This document shows positions 31,301 through 41,869 of a stretch of 64,000 bases of DNA, one piece after another. Below the pieces are notes generated by a model. The model was not told where the DNA came from and searched no databases. It saw only the letters and a list, made by a program, of their open reading frames with translations. The position numbers were made by a program, and so were the translations under genes. The DNA comes from an uncultured bacterium (lineage in GTDB: Bacteria > Verrucomicrobiota > Verrucomicrobiia > Limisphaerales > UBA8199): assembly GCA_963749495.1 (NCBI GenBank), contig CAVVMW010000023.1, forward strand, positions 736,001 through 800,000, read 5' to 3'. Position 1 is the stretch's first letter, and each line of letters opens with the position of its first letter.

Positions 31301-33620
31301 CCGAATCGCGGGTTTGGCGAAAGAGGTCAGCATCCGTGATTTCGTCGCCCTCGGCGCCTTCATAACGGAGCAAAACGCGGGTGGTGAGGGTGGCTTCGGA
31401 AAGCGGTGGATTGCCGAGGAGGTGGATCAGGCCGTTGTCCTGGATTTGGGTGACGAGGCGTTTCTCCGCGTCGCAGAGGAGGCCGGTTAGGGGCAGTTTA
31501 ATTCTGGCGAGATCGAGGATGTAGGCCCATTTGCGGTCGGTGAAGGAACGAGAGCGGGTGACGGCGAGGTCCTGTTCAACAGCGTGGCAGAAGACGTCGC
31601 ACAGGAAAGCGCGTTGATGTTCGAGCAATTCGATGAGAGATGGGTGGAGGGCGGTGACCGCGGCAGCGGGCTCGAACGGGTCCCAATGCCAGCGGTCGGT
31701 GCGTGTGAGGGAGTCGCTGCCGAGAGTGAGGAACGCCTTGAACAGGAGGGGGCCGGTGTCGCTATTGGCGGCGGGGCCGGGGCTGACAAATTTCTTGTAG
31801 GCGCTTTGAAAGGCGGCGAGCAATTTCCAACCGCTCTCGAGGCCTTTATAGAAACCGTCTTCGTGGACGGCTTTGATGAAGCGACCATATTCGAAGGCCA
31901 GGATCCGCAGATCGGGGAGGAGAGGGTCGGTGGGCGGGAGCTCTGGCGCCTGAAGCAGGTCGAGCATCTCGCATTGGTCGCTACGGAGGCACTGGAGGAG
32001 GATGCGGTTAGCGTCTTCCTCGCTGCGGGTGAGCATCAGTTCGTTGAAGAACGGGACAGCGAAGACGGGCAGGCAAGCCGTGGGAGAGTTTTGGAGTTCC
32101 TTGTAGGCCCACTCGAAGAGGGCCTGGATGTTGCGATAGGGGTGGGTTTCGGGGAATCGCCACTGGAACTGGCGGATGACCTTGAGGCCGTCGCGGGTGG
32201 TGATGGAAACTCGAAATTGCAGTCCGGGTTCGGAGGCGCGGGCGGAGCGGTACTCCATGTCGTTACCCGGGGTGAGCGGGCAGAGGGTCGAGCGGACGTC
32301 CACGGACTGTTCGCCAGCGGGAGCAACGCCCGAAATGCGGAGGTTGCTCTGAAGCAGATCGTCCAGGCCGCCGATGCACTTCTGGAGCAGGCGACGGGCG
32401 TTGTCGCGCATGGTCTCCTTGTCTTCACCGTCACAGTCGTGGCGGAAGCAGGAAGCGGCTATGGAGATGCTTGAAATGGCTTCCTCGGCAAGGAGATTGG
32501 CGTCGTCCGCCTGTTCCTTGAAGGCGCGGAGGGTGGTCCAAACGGCCTCCAGGACGACTTCGAGAGGCGAGCCGGAGAGTTTCTTGATGCGCTCGGTTTT
32601 GTCGGGATCGGGATCCTCCTTCTTCTTTTTGGCTTTGAGGATCTGATCGCGGATGAAGACGAAATTCGCGCCGAGGAGCTGGTCGGCGGAGGACTGGTCC
32701 CGCTGGTCGATGAACCTGATCAGACCGGCTACGAGGTCCGGCGCGTCGGCGTAGGGACCGAGGTCCTCTTTTTCAACGGTGATTTCGCCCTGGTTGAACT
32801 GTTCGGAGAAAGTGGCGACGGACTTGAGGGCCTTCTTCCGTTTGGCCTCATCAATGTAGTCATGGTAGCCAAAGAAGGTGATGGCGTCATTGATGTAACC
32901 TTCGAGGGCTTTGGGCTTGGTGATTTGGGGCAGATTGCGCAGGAGTGGGAGGCCGACGGAAAAAAGGTTGCGGCCCATTGCGCGGAGGACATCACGACCG
33001 TCCTGAGCAGCGGAGAGATTGAGGCCTTCCAGGAAAGAACTGACGCGGACCAGATCCATTACCTGGCAGGCCTGGAGCGTCTGGAGAAAGAGATCGATCT
33101 GCTCCAAGTGTTCCTCCTCGCAGGCGATGTGTTTATCAGAGAGCCAGGGTTTCAGCCAGGATTCGAAACTGGCGTCCATATGCTGACTCCAAATGACCTT
33201 GCGGTCCACGAGGTAGAAATCTTCAAGGCCGGCCTGGTCGGTTACCTGATCCACGCCGACCAGGAGGATGAGGACGAGGCGGCCGGGGGAAAGGGAGACG
33301 ATGTTGCGATAGCTGGTGATGTGGTTTTTGGCATCCCACCAATCCTTGGATTTGACGAACTCAAAATCCTGGCGGATGGCGGGGTCCGGGCTGGCAGCCC
33401 ACTGGTTGCCGAGCTGGTGGGCGATTTTGAAATGGTAATCAACTCTGGTTCCCGGCACCGCGAGGAAGTCAGCCAGGCTGGAGCAGACGGCCCGGACCAC
33501 GGGGGCGGGCAGAGATTGGAGGACGACGCGGATGGAGCGACCAGAGGCATCGTCGCGTTCGACGGCCAGTTCGACGTGGCGTCGGATGAGGTCGGTGATA
33601 GAAGAGGCGAGCCATTTCAT
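28337..33620 (-). CDS. DndH/SspH-like large protein with C-terminal HerA/FtsK ATPase; three frameshifts (about 1760 aa restored)
   Basis: NRHLLIFGSSGMGKT, VVLDEAQNL, EGRKFG..LILATQ; PD..IECK nuclease-like motif. Indels near 30573, 30042 and 29258 join four track ORFs. Confidence 0.72.
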
Positions 33621-33635
33621 GGTAGGAATCTCCGG

Positions 33636-35264
33636 CTAATGCGTATTCTGGGCGGTAACGACGTCGCCATCGAATGGGTTATGGACCAGAGAGCAGGCGT
33701 CCGAAAGGTGGATGAGGAAGCCGGCGGTGCGGAGCATTTCCTCGAACCAGGCAGCGGAGGAACTGATAGCGTCCTCAAGGGGAGTGAGGTCAGACCAACG
33801 GCAGGCTTGCTTCAACTGGCCGCCCGAGATGGCGATACCGTAGTGGGCGTAGAGCACGGACCTGAAGGAATCCAAGGTGCATTTCTGGCCAGGCCGGACG
33901 AGGGCGAGGACGAGGTAGCGGAGGATCTTGTCGTTGAGGGTAAAGTGAGCACCGGGTCCGCGCTGGGGCACAATGAGGCCAATCTTTTTGCCCAAAGAAA
34001 GCAGGAGCTTGTGGCCGTATCGGCGGTCGGCCTCGGCGTAGTCCTTGTCGTCGGCCACCTGACGGATGTCGTCGTGGCGCAGGGCGGAATAAATCAGATT
34101 CTGGACGGCCATGAGATTGCGTTCGGAGAGTTTCCAGGATGCGCGGTCGCGTTGGGAGGGGCTGGCGATTATCCAGGCAAAAGAGAGGGGGCCGCCGTTG
34201 GTTTTCCGATCCTGGTCCAAGGTGAGGTCGTAACGGGCGCTTTGGGCGCACAGGCTGCGGAGAACCTGGAGGGCACAGCCGACGGAGAGAAGCTCGACGC
34301 GTTCGATGGGGTCGATATTGGCGCGGCAGAGCCGGGCAATTTCGACGGCGAAGAGATAGCCTTCGCGCCACGATTCTTCCGGGCACCAACCGCATTCGGC
34401 CGCGTTGCGGTTGTCCGTGTAGGCTGCGGTGCTGGCATCAAGCTGGTCAATCCATGAGGCCAGTTCCTGGATGCCGCGTGGACATTGGTTGGTGATGGAT
34501 GGCAGGGCGCCGGAAAGGTGTTGGTGAAGGGATGATGGTGCCGCTTCAGGGCCGGAAAAGCCGAACTGGGATTGGTTGACCCAGGCAGCGACGGTGGCGT
34601 CTGATTGACGGAGAGCGTTACATATCTGCAGGTAGATCAACTCTCCGCCTCGAGCCAGGAAGCGGTGCTTTGAGATGCTGAAGTATGTTGATAGGTGTTG
34701 CAGCGCATCGTCCCATGACAGGTTGTCCGCGGCGTTGGCCTGTGTCTCATTCCACAGGGTTTCGCCTGCCAGGACGCCGGGCGACACCGGCATGAAGGTT
34801 TGTGCGCACCAGGTGCGGCTGAGGCCGGCGCCTTGGAACCCCTGGAACAAGTTTTCCAACCCGCGTAGAACGTCATCTTTGGAGACACCATTGGCGGTTT
34901 CCATTTTGCTCTTCATATCGAGGAGCAACTGTTTGTAGTGCTGCCGGTGGCTGGCGTGGCGGGTGTCCAGCTTGGAACTGCCGAGAAAGGCAAAGAGCTT
35001 CAGGTTGAGTCGCATTTTGGGCCGGTAGCAGAGTGGGGTATTGGGCGGCCAGCTAAGGAGTTGATCGCGTGACGGCACGAGAGGACCATCGCCTAGATCC
35101 GATTGTCCAATGAGTTTCTTGGAATGCAAGACGAGTAAGAACTCGGCTAGCAGCTCCAAAGCAGTTTGGTCCGCAAAGAATCGGCGGCCGAACAGAACAA
35201 TCGCGGGATTGCGATCTTGATCCTCCGTATCGAGGGTGAGGTTCGGGAATGGTGTTGGAATCAT
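33636..35264 (-). CDS. DndG/SspG-position hypothetical protein of the PT restriction module
   Basis: Sits between the F-like and H-like genes; C-terminal LRTAGFLIHLSDACSLVHNPF resembles the DndG C-terminus; ATG overlaps the upstream stop. Confidence 0.62.
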   Translation of the reverse strand: MIPTPFPNLTLDTEDQDRNPAIVLFGRRFFADQTALELLAEFLLVLHSKKLIGQSDLGDGPLVPSRDQLLSWPPNTPLCYRPKMRLNLKLFAFLGSSKLDTRHASHRQHYKQLLLDMKSKMETANGVSKDDVLRGLENLFQGFQGAGLSRTWCAQTFMPVSPGVLAGETLWNETQANAADNLSWDDALQHLSTYFSISKHRFLARGGELIYLQICNALRQSDATVAAWVNQSQFGFSGPEAAPSSLHQHLSGALPSITNQCPRGIQELASWIDQLDASTAAYTDNRNAAECGWCPEESWREGYLFAVEIARLCRANIDPIERVELLSVGCALQVLRSLCAQSARYDLTLDQDRKTNGGPLSFAWIIASPSQRDRASWKLSERNLMAVQNLIYSALRHDDIRQVADDKDYAEADRRYGHKLLLSLGKKIGLIVPQRGPGAHFTLNDKILRYLVLALVRPGQKCTLDSFRSVLYAHYGIAISGGQLKQACRWSDLTPLEDAISSSAAWFEEMLRTAGFLIHLSDACSLVHNPFDGDVVTAQNTH

Positions 35265-38200
35265 AAGACCTCGAGGACGCCGTTATTGAGTGCGAATTTC
35301 TGGGTGGCGAAGCGGTGATTGGTCTGAAGGCGGACGAGCATCACGTCCTGTTCGGCGGAAGCTTTATAGGCATTCAGAAGCTGGGCTTTGAAGCGTTCGA
35401 GGCGGTCGAGGTAGCCGGCCTGGATGGAGCTGGCGATGTCGCCGGTATGGCGCTGGATGACGAAGTTGAGGAACGGGAGCTCCAATTTGAGGAGGGCGCT
35501 GGAGCGGGATTCGGTCAGCAGGAGATCGGATCGGCGGGAAACGCCGGGCCAGGCCTTTTCGTTGAGGGCGAGTTTGAAATCGCTGCGATTGAGGCGAGCA
35601 AGGACGACCTGGGCGCTTTGGCGGATGTCGTGGCCGTGGCGGGTGAGGGTGATGTAGAGATTGTCGTCCAGGGAAGAGCCTTCTTCCGGGAGGTGGAGGC
35701 CGGCGAAGTGCTCCTGGAGGACATGCAGGACGTTCTTGAGAAGGCGGTCGCGGTCAATGTTGCTGAGCTGGGCGCCTTGTTTTTGCCAGGCGGCGTACTC
35801 TGGCAGCATACGAGAGTTGAGGAAGGCGGCGACATATTCGCGGGCGATTTCAGGCAGTTGGAAACTGCCGAAGAAAAAGAGCAGGCGGCGGAGTTGGGCG
35901 CGGCCCTGAGAAGGGTGAAGGCCTTCGGCTTCAGCAAGTTTGCGACCGAGTTGGCGGAGGCTGGCGAAGACGGTCTTAAGGTTATCGGGGACGGCGGGCA
36001 GGGGTTCGTCCTCGCCACGCATCCAGAGTTTACGTTCCAAGCTTGGAACGAGGTGGCGTCCCGCACCGATGGTGCGGAGGACGCGAACGGCTTTAAGTTG
36101 GAGAGCGCGGTCGTCAAATCCGGTGGCACCTTCGCCCCAGAAACGATTGAAGAAGAGGAAATCGGTGATGGGGCGGGAGATGGGGTGGAGGGACTGGCCG
36201 GAGACATCCTGGCAGGTGAGTCCAGAGGTGATGGCATAAGCGAGGTGGGCTGTGGTCTGGCGGAGAGTGAGGCGGTCGCCATACTCGAAGAGGCGGCGAT
36301 AGACCAAGCCGACCCGTTCGCGGATAGTGGCCCAATTGTTCCGCAGCAAGGCGACGTTGCGGAAGACAGGGCAGGCGTAGCGGCAGGACTGGGTGGCACA
36401 CGATTCCCATGGTTTTTCGTCCACCATGCGCTGGAAGATGTTGAGAGTGGCATTCAGGTTATCCACCTGAACGAGGTTGACCACATCAAAGGCTCCTGAC
36501 GAGAGGGAGAACTGCGAGGGGGGCTTGACGGAGAGGGCATCAAGGAGGGTGTTCTCCAGGTCGGGCCACTGACAGGGTTGGTCCTCGAGCATCTCCTTGA
36601 AGGTGGCAAGGAGGGTGCCGGTGTTGGAAATGATGAAGAAACGCTCGGAGTTGGCGGAGCAGGCGCGGGTGAGGACGCGGAGGCGGTCGAGCGCGGGGAG
36701 CTCGCTCATATCCTTCACCAGCGTAATGCGAGGCTGGCTGGGAAGGTGAATTTCCTCGACGGGTTGAAGGGGTTGGGAGAGGGGCTTGTCCATCGCCAGA
36801 GCCTTCAGGGACTTAAAGAGTTCGAGACCGATGGTGGATTTGCCGTCGCCAGCGTGGCCGGTGAGGATGACATGGCGGCGGTCCTTGCCGGTGAGCTGTT
36901 TGCGGGCGTAATCGGCGACGGCCGAGGGGACATGGATCAAACCAAAGAAGGGGTTAAGGGCCTGGGTTTCGGCGAGGGAATTTTCGTTGGACCCCGTCGT
37001 ATTCTGCAAGGAGTTGAGGTAGGCGAGGAAAGGGTTGCCCGGGACAGGCTCGATGCCGAAGGTGACTTCGGGGATAGGGGTCTCAGGGCGGGTGGGTAGT
37101 GGGGCCGGAGCGGGAGCGGGAGTACCGAGCTTCGACCCAGGCCTGAGTGAGGCCACGCAGCATTTCGTCAGCGTCACTGAAGCGCTGGGGCTTTGTGGTA
37201 GCTACGGCATGGACGAGCCAATCGTGAATGGGAGAGGGGACGGGTTCGGAGCGCAAGCCGGCGACGTCGCGGCAGGCAGCGCCGACCACGGGAGTTTCGT
37301 ACGGCCTGAGTCCGTAGAACCATTCGAAGAGGGTGGTTCCCAGCGCAAAGAGATCGCCACTGGGACAGAACTCCAGGTCAGCGCCGTTGCGGAGGTCGGG
37401 GGCAACGTAGCCCTCGGTGCCGACATAAGTGGCAACGCCGGGCGGGGAGGCGACGCCGAAGTCAATGAGGACGGGGTGATTGGCGGCGCGGAGCAGGACG
37501 TTATCGGGCTTGATGTCATTATGCAGCACGGGGGCCGGGTGGCCGTCCGCTTTGCGGCCGTGGAGCTGGGCCAAAGCCTGGAGGAGAGCTTGAGCGACCT
37601 CGATGAAGCGGTCCTGGGTCGGATGTTTGCCTTCGCGGATTTCGTTGCGCAGCGAGGGGCCCTCGATGAGGTTTTGAACGAGGAAGAAGCGCTCATTTTT
37701 CCAATGGCCGAGGGACTCGACGCGGACGGCGTAGGGGGAATTGATGGCTTGAGCGGCGCTCAGCTCGGCGCGAGCGCGGTCCTGGGAAACATCGGCATTG
37801 AAGACCTTAAGGGCGACGCGCTCTTGCTGCGAGCCGCGGATGGCGCGATAGATCTGGGCGTGGCCGCCCTGGGCGTGCAGGGCTTCGATCTCGAACAGGT
37901 CATGAGTTTCTCCGGGGCTGAGTTGCCGGTTGGGTAAGAGGGGAGCGGGGGCAGCCGGTTTGGCGGGGGCAAGCAATTCAAGGACCTGCTCAACCCGCTG
38001 AAAGCGTTTTTCAGGTGCGGTTTGGACCAGGGCATGGACGATTTGGCGGGCGAGATCCGGAATAGGCGGGGCCAAGAGGTCAAGCTGGCGTGGCGGCAAC
38101 TGCCCGCCGGTGGCAGCGAGGTCTGCGGAAGCGCTGAAGGGCGGATGACCGGTCAGCAGCTCGAAGAGAATTACGCCAACGCTAAAGAGATCGGTTGCCT

Positions 38201-39824
38201 CGCTGGGTTCCTGTTTGAGGAACACCTCAGGAGCGGTGTAGGGATTGGGTTTGATGACGGAGGCATCAGGGATGACGGTGACGTGGTTTTCTTCGAGCTG
38301 GTAGGCGAGGTCGAAATTCATCAGGCGAGGAATGGCTCCGCAGATGAGGACATTTTCAGGTTTGAGCATCCGGTGAATGACCGCTTGCTGATGCACGACC
38401 GCCAAGCCGGCCAGGATGCCATGCACCAAGGGCAGGGCTTGCTCCCAAGGCATGCCCCGGGGAAAGTGATCGAGCAGGTCGGCGAGAGTGCCTTCCTCGG
38501 ACCATTCGGAGCCCTCAATGACTTGGCCGCATTCGTGAGGGACGCTCCAGACGCGCAAGAGGTTGGGGTGCTCGCCGGCTTTGGCGAGGGCGTCCAAGGT
38601 GTTATTAGCTTTCCGCAGGAAGCGCTCGCGCTCGGCGGGCGGGGCTTTGAGGGGCGGGGAGAAAATGCGAAATCGCTGGAGATTACGGCGTCTTCCGGTG
38701 GTGGAGCGGACGATCAATTCGATGAGGTCTTCACGCTGAGTGAGGCGGTCAACGACTTCATAGCCGGGGAAATTGTAGCCTTTAATGCGATCGAGAACGC
38801 GGAGGCTTTCGAACTTCGCGGCGACAGCCTTGATTTGTTCCGGGCTGAGTGTGCGACTGGCGTATTGGGCCTGTCGGTATCTGAGAAAATCCATGAAGCG
38901 GTGAATGCCCGCGAAGGTGGGATTATGCTGGTCGGTATTGGTTGATGAGGCATTGACGACGGCGGCTTCCGGGTTGGTCAGCACCACTACGGACTCGAAC
39001 CAGAGGTCGGGAAGCGTGGGGAAGGCATGGCGATAGATGCCGCGGAGGATCTTGGATTTGAAGCGATTACTGGCGTGCGGGTCGGGGCGATACTGGGAAC
39101 CATTTATACGCCAAGTGCGAGCGCCTACTTCGATGCAACCAGTCCAATGTTTTAGCTCGGTGACAAAGATGCCGAAACCGCATATTGCGATTAGGTCGCA
39201 CTCGTAGTAATCGTTGGTCGCACGGTCGTAAACCTCGAGTGTTGGGATGCCGTCTCCTAGGGTTGCCGATTGAAGGAGGCTGCATATGGCTCTGAGGCTT
39301 TCTGCCTCATGGGGGAAGCGGCTAATGCTCCCGCCTGCGGCAGGGGACATCTCTGATGGCTGCGAGCCGACCGTGTTGCGTCCTGCAACCCAGCGCTGCA
39401 GAATGGCTTCCGCAGTTGTGAGGACGTAATCCAACTGTTTTCCTTCGGTGAGCTCTTCATAGAGGTCCTCGTCCAGGTAGGCGTGTGAGACAAGCCGGGC
39501 TAGGGCGCCCGGGCCGCCAACTGATTCCGTCCGAGCGAGCTCGGTTTCCATACCTGGGAGAGGAGCAAGTTTCCAGAACCCGGTGGTCCGTAGATGAAAA
39601 AATGGAGCAAGAGGCCTGTCTCTGTTGGTAGAAGCCGCGTACTTAACAAAGAGTGTGGAGAATAGCTGGCGGAAAGTGGTGTCAAAGAATATTCTGTTAT
39701 CCCTTAGCCTCCCCTGCTTCAACCCCGTGAGCACGGCCAAAACGGCCAGTAATCTGTGAGGCTTCGTTGTCGCAGGGTCGTTGGCGAGATCAGTCACATC
39801 CTTCAGGAACTCATTGGTAGTCAT
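35261..39824 (-). CDS. SBD-NERD-Ser/Thr kinase x2-P-loop fusion (DndF/SspF position); +1 frameshift near 37136 (about 1520 aa restored)
   Basis: SBD-like KPH..LL and PFFHLRTTGFWKL; NERD ECDLI..ELKHW; kinases HRMLKPENVL/NFD and HNDIKPDNVL/DFG/GTEGYVAP; P-loop LTGHAGDGKS. Removing one G from GCCTGGGTCG fuses the two ORFs. Confidence 0.78.
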
Positions 39825-41003
39825 CGAAAGTTTCCTTTGGCTTCAGGAGCCTGGTCGGGGTCACGGGCTAAGGTCGCGATGGTTGCGAGGACCTGCTGGC
39901 AGGCGGAATCAATTTCACCCTGGGTATTGTTTCGCCCAATTCCGAATCGAACCGTGCATCGGGCGTCCTCGCGGGAGAGCCCTAGGGCCAGTAAAACGTG
40001 GGAGGGAGAAACGGTGCCGTCGCTACAGGCAGAACCCCCGCTAAAGCATACGCTCGGCGTGTTGGCGATCAAGGCGTCGGCTTGCATGCCGGGAATTGTG
40101 ATATTAGTCGTGCCAGGGAGACGTTTGGAAAGGGATCCGTTGGCAGTTGCTCCGGGTATTTGGCTTAGCAGTGCGGCTTCAAGGCGGTTTCGGAGATCGG
40201 TGATGCGCTCGAACGTCCCGTGAGAGATCGCGGCGGGCGGCGGTGCATGCAGCAGCAAATCCGACGATGCCTGGAACATTGAGTGTACCTGCTCGAAGAG
40301 CACCCTCTTGCGCCCCTCCCCTCAGTAGAGGGACAACGAATCGCCGGGGATTGCCCTGCCTTACGAAAAGGGCGCCGACCCCTTTTGGACCATAAAGCTT
40401 GTGGGCGCTGAAAGAGGCGAAATCCAGGCCGAGGCCGTAAACATCGAGAGGCTCTTTGCCCAAGAGTTGCGTAGCATCGCAGTGCATGTAAGCTCCGCAA
40501 GCGCGGACACGGTCCGAGATTTGCCGGATGGGCTGTATCGTCCCGATCTCATTATTCGCTGCTTGAACGGAAACGAGGAGGGTTGAGTCATCTAGGAATT
40601 CATCCAGGGAATCCAAGCGCGCAGCGCCGCTGTGTTCAACGCCGAGTTTCTGGATTGCGAAACCTAAGTCAGAGAGCCGTTCTGCGGGGGCGAGGACCGA
40701 TTTGTGTTCGATTGATAGCACGATGATTTTGCGTCGTTTATCGGCGGACCAGGCGCAGCTTGAAAGAACCTGGTTGTTGCTTTCGGTCGCCCCGCTCGTG
40801 AACAGGAGCTCCGAAGGGTCGCAACCGAGCTCGGCCGCAATCGTCTCTCTGGCTTTTGTGACGGCGACATGTGCCTGGCGCCCAAGCTGATGCACGCTTG
40901 AGGGATTGCCGGATTGGAGGGTGAAAAACGGGCCCATAGCCTCGACCGCTTCTGGCGCGCAGGGCGTCGTTGCGTTGTGGTCCAGATATATGGTATTTGG
41001 CAT
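39821..41003 (-). CDS. Cysteine desulfurase (IscS/SspA-like); +1 frameshift near 40213
   Basis: YLDHNATTP, FTSGATESNN, SAHKLYGPKG (PLP Lys), SGGSACS (catalytic Cys). Confidence 0.9.
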
Positions 41004-41027
41004 GGTGCGGTGCGAGCGGCCTCGGCT

Positions 41028-41861
41028 CTAGAGGTGGCAGACTAGGCAGCCCGCCGGATCGCTGGAAAAGACGTCCATGAGGGAGCTGTCGCATTTCGGT
41101 TTGTGGGTGGATTGCTGTCGGCGCTCATATTCGTCTTTGATCTGAGCGATTCGCTCTGGTTTGGCGAGCTCGGCGAGGCTCTCCCCCTGTACCCAGGTGT
41201 ACGAAATCCCTGTGACCGCATCTGTTTTCTCATACTCCATCGCTTTTTTAAAAAGGTCGGGGTGCTTCTCTAACAGTCCGACCCATTCGCGCCGTTGCTG
41301 GTAAAAGCAGAAGTAACACCCCGAGCGAGACCGCCACTCGTAATAGGAGGGAAGGCCGAGCTTTCTGTGCATTTTGAGAATGTGAAGTACGTCGGCGTGT
41401 TTGATCCCGTCTTCAATAAAGGGAAAACGGGCGGTTATGTTGGGTTTTGTGGAAATGTAGCCCTTGCGGTGTGGCTCGTCAGCCCGAATGCCAATGTAGC
41501 TTATGACGGGGTCATCGCCGACGTATTGTTCAAACGGTTTGATCTTAAGAGGCTCCGTACACCAGCGGACTTGCGGCGAAGGAAGATAGCCTTTTCTTCT
41601 TTCGAGAAGGTCGTCAAAATTGTACCCTTCAGCCTTTAGATGGACTATGGGCTTATTAAGAAAGACCTGAAGCTTCTTTAAGTAGTCATAAGTTTCGTCA
41701 AGCTCTTTGTCTGTGTCGCAGAAGACGTACTCCAATTCGGGAAGTTTGTCTCTCATGTAAAGGGCGAGAGCAGTGCTGTCCTTTCCTCCTGAAAGCGACA
41801 ATATATGCCTGGGAGGTTTGGCATCTGGTGCTGGTGCGTTCGGCGTTTGGGGTGCGCTCAT
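41028..41861 (-). CDS. PAPS-reductase-family protein (SspD-like)
   Basis: SGGKDS, RWCT, IGIRADE, RSRSGCYFC, C-terminal CLVCHL. Confidence 0.88.
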   Translation of the reverse strand: MSAPQTPNAPAPDAKPPRHILSLSGGKDSTALALYMRDKLPELEYVFCDTDKELDETYDYLKKLQVFLNKPIVHLKAEGYNFDDLLERRKGYLPSPQVRWCTEPLKIKPFEQYVGDDPVISYIGIRADEPHRKGYISTKPNITARFPFIEDGIKHADVLHILKMHRKLGLPSYYEWRSRSGCYFCFYQQRREWVGLLEKHPDLFKKAMEYEKTDAVTGISYTWVQGESLAELAKPERIAQIKDEYERRQQSTHKPKCDSSLMDVFSSDPAGCLVCHL

Positions 41862-41869
41862 TGGTGTGG

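Noticed and set aside
24430..38945. Long plus-strand ORFs (e.g. 25651-28254, 32862-34457, 35315-36499)
   Set aside because: Antisense shadows of motif-bearing minus-strand genes, expected from GC-rich codon bias.
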